This document shows, piece by piece, positions 1 through 10,169 of a stretch of DNA of 64,000 bases. The translations under genes and the position numbers were made by a program. Each line of letters begins with the position of its first letter. The first letter of the stretch is position 1. Under the pieces are notes generated by a model. That model was given only the letters and a program-made list of their open reading frames with translations, did not search any database and had not been told where the DNA came from. Source of the DNA: Verrucomicrobia bacterium UBA6053 (lineage in GTDB: Bacteria; Verrucomicrobiota; Kiritimatiellia; SS1-B-03-39; UBA6053); NCBI GenBank assembly GCA_002429065.1, contig DIYN01000048.1, positions 21,727 to 85,726 of the forward strand, given 5' to 3'.

Positions 1-1688
1 AAGGCAGTGAAGTCACAAATGGCCATCTTGCCTGTTTCCGCTTGAGTTTGGAGGGAGCGGAACTTCTCTGGGAAGCGGATGAGGTGGATGGATTTCCCAC
101 AGCGAAGAATCAGGGAATCTTTGTGCATAACGGGGTTGCCTTCATGCGAAGCCTGAATGCGGTTCATCTTTACGAAGTTTCCTCCGGTAAAAAACTCGAT
201 ACCCTGTCCATCACCGACGGTGGGAACGATGATACCGCGATTGTGTTCCGCATCAATAACCTGCTCTATCAGGTGATCGACAGTCAGCATCTGCACTATC
301 CGACGGTGGTCATCGATATGGAGTCGCGGAGCATCGTGGGAAAATTCACCATCCACCATCCCGGTATCAGTTACTCGTCTCAGATGCTGCCGGTGTTTCA
401 TGGCAACCGGATGATCCTGCGCAGGGGGTACTGCCGGATCAGCGCCTTCACCTTTACCGCAGAAGAACCTGCCGGATTTGACGTGAAGATCAACGAACCG
501 ATTGTGGTCGTCGCCACTGGGGAGTCGGCCACCTTTACCGCATTCGTCACCGGTGAGGCTTCGCAGGTACGCTGGCTGCTGGATGGAAAGGAGGTGGCCC
601 GGAGCACCGAGGCTCCTTTCACCGCCACCATCCAACAGGACACTGCGGGATGTCATCAGATTCAGGCGTTTGCGGTATCGGCAGACGGAGCAGAGGCTGA
701 ATCGTTTCAGAAACTTCTCAGCGTCGTCGACTGGGAGGTCATGCTTTTACCCCGTTCCGCCACCCTGGAGATGGGGCAACCCCGCCGGTTCATTCCCCTC
801 GCAGTCGATCAGGCAACGGGTGATTTGCTGCCCCAACGCTTTCAGGCAGTACGGATGAGTCAGAATCTCGATAACACCTGGCCCAATCCCTTCAGCGCGC
901 CCAGTAAAGAGCTTCAGGATCAATGGCATGAACGTGTAGGGTTTGAGGTCAGCGGTGGAGCGATTCACACAACCTCAGACAATCTCAGCAATCCGGAGGA
1001 TACGAAAACGCCATGGTCCTCCTGGGGACTGTTCCGGTCAGCGGAACCGGGAACTCATACGGTCACGGCCCGCCTGACTCACAATGGCATGACCCGCGCG
1101 TCCACCAGTGAGGTGCGGGTACGTGCTACGGATGAGCGTCTGCCGCAGCAGTTTCTCATGCACAGCCCCTTGCCGACGTTTGTGCTGCGGAAGAGCGGCA
1201 GTGCCCGGCCAAGAGCGGCATTATCCAGTGGACATGCAGGCTGGGCCGGCAAAAAATCCAGCGGGGTGACGCTGACTGTCGTAGAGGGGCCTGCCAAACT
1301 GCGGGGGAAGAATGACGGCATGACCCCCACGGCAGCGGGTGTGATTACCTTCGGGGTCAGCCATCCCGGGAATGAGCGATACCTGCCGATAGAGGAGGAG
1401 CATCGCCGCTTTCTGGTGATCAAGCCGGGTGCGGTTCGGGAGCCCCATCAGATTGAATTTGCATCCATCGCAGATCAGTCACCTGATGCCGGACCACTTT
1501 CCCTCGAGGTCAGCAGTCCAAGTGAGGTTCCTCCACGCTTGAGTGTCATCAGCGGCCCCGCCACAATAGACGGAACGACGCTGATCTTAGAGGGAGAGCC
1601 GGGGGTGGTGACGGTGATTGCGGAGCATGAAGGGGATATGACCTATGCTCCCGCATTGCCGGTGGTGCAGGAATTCCATGTCCGTTAA
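1..1688 (+). CDS. 5'-truncated probable exported protein: beta-propeller-like segment followed by Ig-like domains
   Basis: Frame is open from position 3 to the stop at 1688. Contains an Ig-like motif (VRWLLDGKEVARSTEAPFTA) and C-terminal QxIxF...VISGPATIDG repeats. Confidence 0.6.
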   Translation, partial: GSEVTNGHLACFRLSLEGAELLWEADEVDGFPTAKNQGIFVHNGVAFMRSLNAVHLYEVSSGKKLDTLSITDGGNDDTAIVFRINNLLYQVIDSQHLHYPTVVIDMESRSIVGKFTIHHPGISYSSQMLPVFHGNRMILRRGYCRISAFTFTAEEPAGFDVKINEPIVVVATGESATFTAFVTGEASQVRWLLDGKEVARSTEAPFTATIQQDTAGCHQIQAFAVSADGAEAESFQKLLSVVDWEVMLLPRSATLEMGQPRRFIPLAVDQATGDLLPQRFQAVRMSQNLDNTWPNPFSAPSKELQDQWHERVGFEVSGGAIHTTSDNLSNPEDTKTPWSSWGLFRSAEPGTHTVTARLTHNGMTRASTSEVRVRATDERLPQQFLMHSPLPTFVLRKSGSARPRAALSSGHAGWAGKKSSGVTLTVVEGPAKLRGKNDGMTPTAAGVITFGVSHPGNERYLPIEEEHRRFLVIKPGAVREPHQIEFASIADQSPDAGPLSLEVSSPSEVPPRLSVISGPATIDGTTLILEGEPGVVTVIAEHEGDMTYAPALPVVQEFHVR

Positions 1689-2776
1689 CGGATATCCCGG
1701 ATCAGCCGCTCAAACAGGGCTTCGGTCTGGGCAATCGTGTCCCGGATGTGGAAGTCCTCGGCGATTCTTTTTTTCGCTTTGTGCCCCATGACCTCCGCGG
1801 CGGTGGGGTCGGCTTCGAAATCCTGCAGCCGCTGACAAAGAGCTGCGGCATCGCCGGGGGGAACGACATATCCTTCTTCGCCGTCCCGGACCAGTTCGGC
1901 ATTTCCTCCGGTATCCGTTACCACGGCCGGCACCCCGTAGGCCATCGATTCGATCACCGTTTTCGGAAGACCCTCGCGTTTAAGAGCCGGAAGTACACTG
2001 GCCTGACAGGCGGCAACCAGGGCCGGGGCATCGTCCCGGAACCCCAGTGCATGCACCCGGTCACGGGCGGGGCTGCTTTCCAGGAGCGGGGACATGGTGT
2101 CGGCATCAAGACCGTTGCCGATGAGGAGCACATGGATTCGGCTGGATGCCGGGAGTGCTTCCAGGGCTTCGATCAGCACCGGAATGCCTTTGCGGGGCCG
2201 ATTGTTCGCCACGCAGCCCACCAGGAAGACGTCCTCCGGAAGAGACAGGTCCTCAAGAGAGGACGGCGTTGCCTGATACCAAGCCGGATCATGTCCCTTG
2301 TACAGCGTGACCGCATTCTGCGGCTTGCGCATCTGTTTTCGCAGGTCATCCCGCACCGCATTGGACACACAGCTTATGGCATTGAGTCGGGGGTGAAGCA
2401 GGGTGAGGTAGCAGCTGGGGTCGTACCAGAAAATGTTCCCGGTCTGCCCCCGATAGGCCACCAGCACGACCGGAAGCCCGACTGCGGCAAACGCACAGCA
2501 GCTTATGGCCTTGTTGTTAAAGAGATAGACCGCATCCACCGGATGATTTTTCAGGTACTGGCGAAGGGTTCGGATTTCGCCGGGATTGATTCTGCTTTGC
2601 GGTTCAAAGTCGATGCAGGAAACGCCGGCCTTCTCCCAGCGATCCCAGTATACACTGTCCCGGCCTGTCATGACCGTCACACGGTGTCCCGCCTTGTGCA
2701 GCCCGATAAAAATTTCCGCTTCCGGCCGTAGGGTATTGAACGAGCCGTCCGAACCGGTGAGTACCAGAAGATTCAT
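1685..2776 (-). CDS. Glycosyltransferase family 4 (GT-B fold)
   Basis: RKG motif, EGLPKTVIESMAYGVPAVVTDTGGNAELV (EX7E) and GYVVPPGD. Confidence 0.9.
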   Translation of the reverse strand: MNLLVLTGSDGSFNTLRPEAEIFIGLHKAGHRVTVMTGRDSVYWDRWEKAGVSCIDFEPQSRINPGEIRTLRQYLKNHPVDAVYLFNNKAISCCAFAAVGLPVVLVAYRGQTGNIFWYDPSCYLTLLHPRLNAISCVSNAVRDDLRKQMRKPQNAVTLYKGHDPAWYQATPSSLEDLSLPEDVFLVGCVANNRPRKGIPVLIEALEALPASSRIHVLLIGNGLDADTMSPLLESSPARDRVHALGFRDDAPALVAACQASVLPALKREGLPKTVIESMAYGVPAVVTDTGGNAELVRDGEEGYVVPPGDAAALCQRLQDFEADPTAAEVMGHKAKKRIAEDFHIRDTIAQTEALFERLIRDIR

Positions 2777-2988
2777 GCGCCCGCACTTAGGCGGTTCTGG
2801 AACAAGATCCTAGGAAAAAACAAAACAGGCTCACAGTCGTGTCGGGGTACATGATTCGTTTCAGGCCCGGGGAGGTCTGGTATAGCGGAAACGCCGACAC
2901 CCACCCCGTTCGGCTGAAATCCGGAATGTGCAGAGTGGCTGGAGCCGTTCACGGCCCGGCAAGGATTGGACGGTGGGAAGGCCAGGCT

Positions 2989-3840
2989 TTACAAATCCCA
3001 GGATCGGCGATCCCCGGCGTTTAAGGTGACGGGACCTTCGCGTGCCTCTACCGTCAATTCACCTTGAACAATGTCCAGCAGGACCTTCTCATCGCTGACC
3101 TCCAGAGAATAGGTGGCGACACCGGGCAGGATCCGGATCGGACCGCCCTCCAGCACCAGCCTGGAAGAGCTGCCGGCCATCCCAACCCTGAGCTGTCCGT
3201 TTCGAAGCGTGAGGTGGCGCTCCCGGTTCAACCGGGTACCGATGAGGAAGGTGGTTCCCGGAGCAAGGGTAATCCGGGAGCCATCCAGGAGAGAAAGCTG
3301 GGTTTCCTGGAGCGCTTCCAGATCTTTCCGGCCCGGAATGGTTGTCGCCGCGAGGGTGTGCCCCTCCAGTTGTATCCGACCGGATTCAATGATCAGTTTG
3401 GGGGACAGATAGGCTGCCCGCAAAACAAACAAGGCGAGAAAGAGGGCAGACACAGTGATCCACAAACGCGTTTGTCGCTTGCGGGACAGAGGCCGAGGGG
3501 TGGAATCCGAGCTCTCGTGGGAGGCGGAGGAGCCGGAACGGAATGCAGGACGGAGTTTCCGGTTGATGCGAAGCACCTGAAACACCTCCATACAGATTCT
3601 GCATCGACGAAGATGTTCCGGTAATGGCTGCTTGTCAGGATGATCGGCAAGGGTCTGTAACTCCTCCAGTGTCAGATGGGGTTCCTTCCCGCTCTCCTCG
3701 ACATGTTCCAGTAACCCCTGGAACCGGCGTTTAGCTTCGGGATGGGCCTCAGGGTCTTTTTCCAGAACACGCAGCGCCTCCACCAGACTGGCGCGTGTTT
3801 CTGGTGTAGGGCTTGTGGATCTGGAAGAGGAGGAGTCCAT
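2989..3840 (-). CDS. Anti-sigma factor with ZAS-like zinc motif, one TM helix and a FecR-like periplasmic domain
   Basis: HLRRCRIC (HxxxCxxC), TM LWITVSALFLALFVL, FecR-like LLDGSRITLAPGT; directly downstream of an ECF sigma gene. Confidence 0.75.
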   Translation of the reverse strand: MDSSSSRSTSPTPETRASLVEALRVLEKDPEAHPEAKRRFQGLLEHVEESGKEPHLTLEELQTLADHPDKQPLPEHLRRCRICMEVFQVLRINRKLRPAFRSGSSASHESSDSTPRPLSRKRQTRLWITVSALFLALFVLRAAYLSPKLIIESGRIQLEGHTLAATTIPGRKDLEALQETQLSLLDGSRITLAPGTTFLIGTRLNRERHLTLRNGQLRVGMAGSSSRLVLEGGPIRILPGVATYSLEVSDEKVLLDIVQGELTVEAREGPVTLNAGDRRSWDL

Positions 3841-3895
3841 TAGAGTGATAGCGATTCAGGGGTGCGATTTCGTACGGTGATTTCATGAGGAACGT

Positions 3896-4444
3896 TCATG
3901 CGGAATCCTCCTGTTCGATTTGCTTGCGGAGCCGTTTTAATGCCCGTTTCAGTGTGGGGCCGATGCTGTTGGAGGGGATTCCCGTCGTCTGTTCAATATC
4001 CCGGTAGGTGAGATCCTGCAGAAAGAACAATTCAATCAGGATCCGTTCCCGCTCGGAAAGCCGGTTCAGATGCCCCTGGATCCATTCCTTGTGCAGGCCA
4101 GGTGCCGGAGTAGGGGGTTGATCAGGTTCCGGAAGGTGATCCTCTTCAGGAAGCATCACGGTTCGCGTCTTCCGCATATGATCAATACACCGATTGCGAA
4201 CGAGCGTGTACAGCATAGGGGTCCACGCCTGTTGATCGCGGCAGGTGTGGAGCAGTTTCCGGTCGTTCGCAAGCAGGTTGATCCAGACCTGGGAGGCGAT
4301 ATCCTCACAGGTCGCCTGATCCGCGGAAAACCCGTATTTGGAGAAGGTTCTGCTCGCGAGTCCACGCAGCAGAGGGGTCGTATCCTGAACGAGACGGTTC
4401 CAGGCGTCTTCATCGCCTTCCAAAATCGCATCCAGTTCCTGCAT
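3896..4444 (-). CDS. ECF-type RNA polymerase sigma factor
   Basis: 182 aa; GDEDAW, region 2 LYTLVRNRCIDHMRK, region 4 LSERERILIELFFLQDLTYRDI...LKRALKRLR. Confidence 0.9.
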   Translation of the reverse strand: MQELDAILEGDEDAWNRLVQDTTPLLRGLASRTFSKYGFSADQATCEDIASQVWINLLANDRKLLHTCRDQQAWTPMLYTLVRNRCIDHMRKTRTVMLPEEDHLPEPDQPPTPAPGLHKEWIQGHLNRLSERERILIELFFLQDLTYRDIEQTTGIPSNSIGPTLKRALKRLRKQIEQEDSA

Positions 4445-4621
4445 CGATCTCTATCCTTGAAGGAAAGAAGGGCGATTTCCAAGTTAATATGCGTCCGGGC
4501 AATGGTCATTGCCCTACATCGAAATGCGCCTGAGGCACACAAGTGGGAACAAGGATGCACAGGATGGGCAGGATACATGCAGGGAATGTCCTTTAATATG
4601 GAGAATACAGAATTTTGGTTT

Positions 4622-4705
4622 CACTGACCACTGACCACTGACCACTGACCACTGACCACTGACCACTGACCACTGACCACTGACCACTGACCATTGACCA
4701 TTGAC
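4622..4705. repeat. 7-bp tandem repeat (CACTGAC)x10 + (CATTGAC)x2
   Basis: Counted directly in the intergenic region between the divergent ECF sigma and GH42-like genes. Confidence 0.97.
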
Positions 4706-4793
4706 CCACGCGTTCCGCGTGGCAAGCTCTGACCTCTTTCCCTCCGTATCGGATTGTTCCGGGGTGCAAATTGGGGTAGGGGTTCCCGCCATC

Positions 4794-6983
4794 ATGACAC
4801 AATCCGATTCAGACCCCTTTCTTCATCAGCGTATTCTTGAGCTTTCCGAAACCCCCATGCAGCAAAAGCTGCGCAACATGGCCCCGATGCCGGTTGGAGC
4901 CGTGTTTCTTCCCTGGCCGGGGATGACGGAAGAAGAGGCCCGGAAAGAATTCCGGAGGATGAAAGAAACCGGGATAACCTGTCTGAAGCAGACCATGGGA
5001 ATCGAGCCGGAATGGCCCCGGGACCGCATCTTCCATGTGGCTCTGGATGAAGGCATCATTCCGTTCTGGTACGGAGAGGCCGGGTGGGAGGACATCACTC
5101 CGGACCTGTTGGAAAAAGTCGGGCTGGACCGCGATATGGACGTGGATGCCGCCATGGAGCACCCGGACATGATTGCCTACCAGACCGATGTCATCCGCCG
5201 CCAGATCGGGGCACAGGATTCCGGGAAGTCCGCTGGCGCGAAAAGCGAAGCCAAAGGGAAACAAAAAAGCCGCGAAACCACTCCCGGTGTCGTCGGGGAT
5301 GTCCGCGGTCACGAAATTCATCCGGATGCCGTTCCGGCCTTTATCGACTGGCTGAAGGAACAGTATGGGGATGTGGAGACGCTGAAAAAAGCCTGGAATG
5401 TTGAGCATGTGGGGCTGGCTGGCAAACTCCGGTTCTGGGAAACCTGGGAGGATGTGGAAAAGGGTTATGAAACCGATGTGGCCGCGAAAGACTACCGCAA
5501 CAGCCGGGACCGCATGCGGTTCCGTGCGGATACCTTCATCCGGGATTACATTGAGGCCCGCATAGATAAACAGCAGGAAACGGACCCCAATGTGCCGGTC
5601 CGGGCCGGGGGTGAGATGGGGATCTTCCTTCCCTTTGCCTCCCGTGGAACCGACATGGAAGGCATGGCCCGCGCGCTGGCAAGGGGTGGGTCCTTCTATC
5701 CTTCAATTCACCTGACCTGGCATTTTGAGGAAACCCATTTTGAAGTCGCCCGTCCGGTGTACATGCAGGCGGCCATGACCACCGACTGGGGACGGGGTAT
5801 CTGGAATGCCACCTGGGAAAGTACCGGGGGGCCGAGCTGGTTTTCGGGTGGAAAATCCCCCTTTGTCAAATGGGCCCAGGACCGCACACCCGGCCATACC
5901 GATCATGAAGGTATTCAGTCCATTCTGATGCTGTCCTGGTTGGCGGCGGGGTACCGGGGCTTCGGGATGTGGACCTGGAATGGCCGCACCGCAGGTTGGG
6001 AAGCTGGGGAATTCATGCTGCTGGACCGCAATAACGAGTTGACCCCCCGTGCGATTCGGGCCGGTGCGATCGGAACAGCGGCGCGCAAGTACAAGCGTGA
6101 ACTCTGGGAGTCCGACAAACAGCCTGTGGTCGGCGTGTTGCAGGACTGGGAAAATGAAGCCTTGTGGGCGGCTATGTCCATCACCGGTCGTGATCATTAT
6201 AAATCCGAACCCATCCGTGCCCGGATTGGTGCTTCCCGTGCGCTGATCAACGGCAACATTCCCTGGGAGCATGTCACGGCCCGTCAGCTTGCAGATGGAC
6301 TGGGGCCCCGCTATTCCTGCATATACATTCCGGCCTTTATTGCCCTGACAGAGGAACTGCGCAAAGACCTGATTGCCTACGTGGAGCAGGGGGGACGCGT
6401 GGTGATGGACATGCCTTCCGCCTACCTGGACGGATACGGACGGGTATTGCCCACCGGAGACGGATCCGATTTCGAGACGTTGTTCGGCTGCAAGCTTCGC
6501 GAGTACGCCTACTCCCGCGACGTGAACACTACCTTCCGCCTGCGCGGCGAAGTGCTGGAAGGCTTTACCGCTGAACTCGCCCCCACCACCGCAACTGTGT
6601 TGGCGGAGTATGACAAACGCGGCAAGCCGGCCATTACGGAGAACAAACTTGGCAAGGGGTCCGCTGTACTGCTGGGCTGTCAGGCCTCCCTGAATTGCCA
6701 TCTTCCCGGTAGTGACTGGTATGAGGCGCTGATCCGGGAATTCAGCGTGGATCAGGAGCGGGTGCCCTTCGCCTGCGATGACGTTCTGGCCTATCAGCTG
6801 GTGGCACCGGGTGCGCGTCACCTCTTCCTGGTGAATGACAAGGAGGATCCGGTGGATACCTCCATCTCGCTCAAGGCGGCTGCCGGAGAGGCGGTGGATG
6901 CAATCACGGGTGAACCGGTGGATCTTGCCTCCATTACCGTCCCCGCTGAGGATGCCCGCTGGATCCGGGTGGCAAACGTTTAG
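4794..6983 (+). CDS. GH42-like beta-galactosidase family glycoside hydrolase with trimerization domain
   Basis: FIDWLKEQYGDVETLKKAWN is a GH42 hallmark; also LIAYVEQGG and PAITENKLGKG. ATG 4794 chosen over the TTG at 4701, which lies inside the repeat. Confidence 0.75.
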   Translation: MTQSDSDPFLHQRILELSETPMQQKLRNMAPMPVGAVFLPWPGMTEEEARKEFRRMKETGITCLKQTMGIEPEWPRDRIFHVALDEGIIPFWYGEAGWEDITPDLLEKVGLDRDMDVDAAMEHPDMIAYQTDVIRRQIGAQDSGKSAGAKSEAKGKQKSRETTPGVVGDVRGHEIHPDAVPAFIDWLKEQYGDVETLKKAWNVEHVGLAGKLRFWETWEDVEKGYETDVAAKDYRNSRDRMRFRADTFIRDYIEARIDKQQETDPNVPVRAGGEMGIFLPFASRGTDMEGMARALARGGSFYPSIHLTWHFEETHFEVARPVYMQAAMTTDWGRGIWNATWESTGGPSWFSGGKSPFVKWAQDRTPGHTDHEGIQSILMLSWLAAGYRGFGMWTWNGRTAGWEAGEFMLLDRNNELTPRAIRAGAIGTAARKYKRELWESDKQPVVGVLQDWENEALWAAMSITGRDHYKSEPIRARIGASRALINGNIPWEHVTARQLADGLGPRYSCIYIPAFIALTEELRKDLIAYVEQGGRVVMDMPSAYLDGYGRVLPTGDGSDFETLFGCKLREYAYSRDVNTTFRLRGEVLEGFTAELAPTTATVLAEYDKRGKPAITENKLGKGSAVLLGCQASLNCHLPGSDWYEALIREFSVDQERVPFACDDVLAYQLVAPGARHLFLVNDKEDPVDTSISLKAAAGEAVDAITGEPVDLASITVPAEDARWIRVANV

Positions 6984-6993
6984 GAGACATCAG

Positions 6994-7368
6994 ATGTCCC
7001 GTGACAACAGCCGGCTGGTTTGGAGTGATGAACAGGGGGGGGCCGTAGGGAACAAACCCTCCAAGCAGAAACGCAAAGACTCAAAACCCAAAAAAGGCGG
7101 AGGAATGGCCCGGGGCGGATTCCCGAATGACGGGATCGTCCGGGTGTGCCGGGAAAAAAGCGGCCGTGGCGGTAAGACGGTTACAGTGTTGTATGGCGTG
7201 CCGGGCAGCGCGGCCGACCGCAAATCCCTGCTGAAAGAATTGAAACAGCGCTGCGGCTGCGGTGGATCTGTTCAGGATGCCTTTCTGGAAATTCAGGGTG
7301 ATCAGCGTGAGGTCATCCTGACGTTCCTTGAGGAAAAGGGGATCCCTGCGAAACCCGCTGGGGGATAA
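6994..7368 (+). CDS. yciH: SUI1/YciH family translation initiation factor
   Basis: EKSGRGGKTVTV, LKQRCGCGGSV, LEIQGDQR; AGGAG upstream of ATG 6994. Confidence 0.9.
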   Translation: MSRDNSRLVWSDEQGGAVGNKPSKQKRKDSKPKKGGGMARGGFPNDGIVRVCREKSGRGGKTVTVLYGVPGSAADRKSLLKELKQRCGCGGSVQDAFLEIQGDQREVILTFLEEKGIPAKPAGG

Positions 7369-7565
7369 GGCACCTGAATGGCGGGTACGTGTGTAGACGG
7401 TCCGAGGCACACACCAATAGAGCAAGCCTGATTCTAGGTCTTGATTGACCCGACGGCGGGACGCAGTCGCTCAGGGTTCAACACGGGATCCGATTTTCAT
7501 CCCTCTTGCCAAGGATTCCTGTTTTATGCTACAGGGCCACGCTCTTGTTTCTCAGGAATCTCAAC

Positions 7566-8681
7566 ATGAAAAAAGTCGGTTTTATTGGATGGCGCGGAAT
7601 GGTCGGGTCTGTTCTTCTCGAACGGATGCGGGCCGAAGGTGATTTTGCAGGCATTGAGTCTGTCTTTTTCACCACCTCCCAGGCGGGTCAGCCCGGACCG
7701 GATGTGGGGGCGGGATCCGCACCGCTTCAGGACGCAACCGATGTGGAGGCCCTCGCCGGCATGGACATTGTGGTGACCTGCCAGGGAGGAGACTACACCC
7801 GTGAGGTGCATCCTAAACTGCGGGCACATGGATGGAACGGTTCCTGGGTGGATGCCGCCAGTGCCCTCCGCATGGAAGAGGACAGCATCATTGTTCTGGA
7901 TCCGGTGAATCGGACACTCATTGACCGGGCCCTGGAATCCGGGGTAAAAGACTTTATTGGCGGCAACTGTACGGTCAGCCTGATGCTCATGGGGCTTCAG
8001 GGATTGTTTGACCAGGGCTGGGTGGAGTGGATGACGGCAATGACCTACCAGTCTGCGTCCGGTGCAGGAGCCCGGAACATGAAAGAACTGGTGTCGCAGA
8101 TGGCCGCGCTGGGAGAGATCGGTGCCGGTCTTGCCGCAGACCCGTCCTCTGCAGTGCTCGAGTTGGATCGGAAAATCGGTGACGCGTTGCTGTCCGCGGA
8201 GTTTCCGACTGAACAGTTTGGCGCTCCCCTGGCTGCAAACCTGATTCCCTGGATTGATAAAGGAATGGCGGATGGGCGCACCAAAGAAGAATGGAAAGGG
8301 GCGGCTGAAACCAACAAGGTTCTGGGATTGGAGGCGTCCCCTATTCCCGTGGACGGACAATGCGTCCGAGTGGGTGCGATGCGCTGTCACAGCCAGGCTT
8401 TGACCCTGAAACTGAAACAGGATATTCCCTTGGCAGACATCGAATCCGCGATCACGGAGGCGAATGACTGGAGCCGCCTGGTGCCGAATGAAGAAGAGGT
8501 CACGCTTCGCACGCTTACACCGGCCGCGGTGAATGGAACACTTGACATCCCGGTTGGCCGTCTTCGCAAGATGGTCCTCGGGCCGGACTTCGTTACCTGT
8601 TTCACGGTGGGGGATCAGCTGCTCTGGGGGGCGGCCGAACCAGTGCGCCGGATGCTGGCCATTTTACTGGGACGTCTGTAA
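7566..8681 (+). CDS. asd: Aspartate-semialdehyde dehydrogenase
   Basis: MKKVGFIGWRGMVGSVL, catalytic GGNCTVSL, RCHSQA, GDQLLWGAAEP. Confidence 0.97.
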   Translation: MKKVGFIGWRGMVGSVLLERMRAEGDFAGIESVFFTTSQAGQPGPDVGAGSAPLQDATDVEALAGMDIVVTCQGGDYTREVHPKLRAHGWNGSWVDAASALRMEEDSIIVLDPVNRTLIDRALESGVKDFIGGNCTVSLMLMGLQGLFDQGWVEWMTAMTYQSASGAGARNMKELVSQMAALGEIGAGLAADPSSAVLELDRKIGDALLSAEFPTEQFGAPLAANLIPWIDKGMADGRTKEEWKGAAETNKVLGLEASPIPVDGQCVRVGAMRCHSQALTLKLKQDIPLADIESAITEANDWSRLVPNEEEVTLRTLTPAAVNGTLDIPVGRLRKMVLGPDFVTCFTVGDQLLWGAAEPVRRMLAILLGRL

Positions 8682-8811
8682 TCCTTCGCCTTGATCGTAA
8701 AACGCGATCACGGCACCTGCGGTTGAGCAATCAAGCGCCGAAATGGTCCATTGGGTTCCCGGCCATTGGGTTCCTCGGTGGTTTCAATCCCGGCAGACTC
8801 GTTTTCGAGAC

Positions 8812-8839
8812 TTGAAGTCCCGATATACTTTCATACTAT
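8812..8839 (+). promoter_or_regulatory. Candidate sigma70 promoter of the CsgG-like gene
   Basis: TTGAAG-16 nt-TACTAT in an AT-rich stretch 40 nt before the ATG. Confidence 0.4.
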
Positions 8840-8879
8840 ACGTTACTAATTCGTCTATAACCCATCTGAAGGATTGGAT

Positions 8880-9863
8880 ATGAAAACCCGACTGTATGTG
8901 ACCCGTGCTGCACTTGTGGCTCTTGGCTTCTGCCTCACTTCCCCCTCTTACGCGTTTCTTGATAAAGTTATCGGAACCGGAGGAACCAAAACTGAAGACA
9001 CCAGCAAACCGAAAGGGGATGATTATAAAGGTGTCAAACACGCCATTGGTGTGAAGGATTTTGAAAACGAGGCCGGATGGAGTGGTCAGTGGAACCTTGG
9101 TGAAAACCTTGGCACGATGCTGGAAAGTGCGTTGTATGACAGTGGCCGGTTTGTGGTGGTGACCCGCGATAAACTGGACGGTGTGCTTGATGAACAGGAC
9201 ATGGCGGCAGGAGGCCGCATGGCGAAATCCGACTTGGCGAAGACCGGGAAAATCCGGCCGGCAAAGTACATTGCGACTGGCGCGATCACCACCGTTCAGT
9301 CCAGCACCCAGGGCAGCAGCGGCGGCATTTCCTTCAGAGGGATTTCGGTCGGTGGCGGGGGAAAAAAATCCACGATTACCGCAATTATTACTCTGATCGA
9401 TACCACCACAGGTGAAATTGTGGCCAAGGAACGCGTCACTGGAAAAGCAGGGGGACGGAAGTTGAACCTCGGGCTCAGTGCGGGCGGTGTGTCCACCAAT
9501 ATGGGGGGCTTTGCAGAAGAACCCATCGGTGAAGCCGCCCAGGACGTGATTTCCAAAGCCGTGGATCTGCTGGTGAAGAAAATGAAAGATCAGCCTCTGG
9601 ACGGTTCCGTGGTGATGGTGACGAAGAAAAATGAGGTGGTGATCAACCGCGGAGAACAGTTCGGGGTGGAACCCGGACAGATGTTCCTGGTGCAAACCCA
9701 GGGAGAGGTTCTTACCGACCCCTCCACCGGAGAAATTCTTGACCGCCTCGAAGGCGAAACCGTCTGCACCCTGAAAGTGGCACGGGTGAAAGAGAAGATT
9801 GCCTACTGTACGATTGTCGATGGCGACAAGCCGGAGCGCGGCGCTGAGGTCCTCATGGAGTAG
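8880..9863 (+). CDS. CsgG/HfaB family exported protein with FlgT-like C-terminal domain
   Basis: Signal peptide; LESALYDSGRFVVVTRDKLDGVLDEQ, YIATGAIT, LIDTTTGEIV; C-terminal VVINRG...LTDPSTGEIL. Confidence 0.8.
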   Translation: MKTRLYVTRAALVALGFCLTSPSYAFLDKVIGTGGTKTEDTSKPKGDDYKGVKHAIGVKDFENEAGWSGQWNLGENLGTMLESALYDSGRFVVVTRDKLDGVLDEQDMAAGGRMAKSDLAKTGKIRPAKYIATGAITTVQSSTQGSSGGISFRGISVGGGGKKSTITAIITLIDTTTGEIVAKERVTGKAGGRKLNLGLSAGGVSTNMGGFAEEPIGEAAQDVISKAVDLLVKKMKDQPLDGSVVMVTKKNEVVINRGEQFGVEPGQMFLVQTQGEVLTDPSTGEILDRLEGETVCTLKVARVKEKIAYCTIVDGDKPERGAEVLME

Positions 9864-9887
9864 GACAGGCGTTTGGCTGGTTCAAAG

Positions 9888-9915
9888 GTCCCGGGTTGTG
9901 CCCGGGACTTTTTTT
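9888..9915 (+). terminator. Rho-independent terminator
   Basis: GTCCCGGG-ttgtg-CCCGGGAC stem followed by T7, 25 nt after the stop codon. Confidence 0.85.
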
Positions 9916-10008
9916 GGGGGGGCATGGTCATAAGGCGTGATTGGAGTTGTCATCAATACGAACCAAAGCAGAGCTCCAGGAAGTTGTCCTGCCCGAAAGA
10001 AACGGGAA

Positions 10009-10169
10009 CAACAACGGACCACGCGGACGACACGGACCCATGCAGAGTCACCCTGATCATGCGATGTTCTCTTATAATTAGGGATTTGTATCTAATGAGG
10101 ATTCATCTGTGTGAACCGTCAGCAATAAAGCATTCCATGCGTCCGTGCCGTCCGCGTGGTCCGTTGTTG
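10009..10169. repeat. Inverted-repeat element: 34-bp arms (2 mismatches) enclosing 93 bp; MITE/REP-like
   Basis: 10009-10042 CAACAACGGACCACGCGGACGACACGGACCCATG matches the reverse complement of 10136-10169. Confidence 0.9.

Noticed and set aside
1748..2731. Long antisense ORFs (also 5703-6821, 7524-8390, 8784-9695, 13249-14187, 41686-42525 and others)
   Set aside because: Shadow frames opposite well-supported genes, as expected in GC-rich DNA; no motifs.
4514..4802. ORFs with SGQWSVV repeats
   Set aside because: Translation artefacts of the 7-bp tandem repeat.
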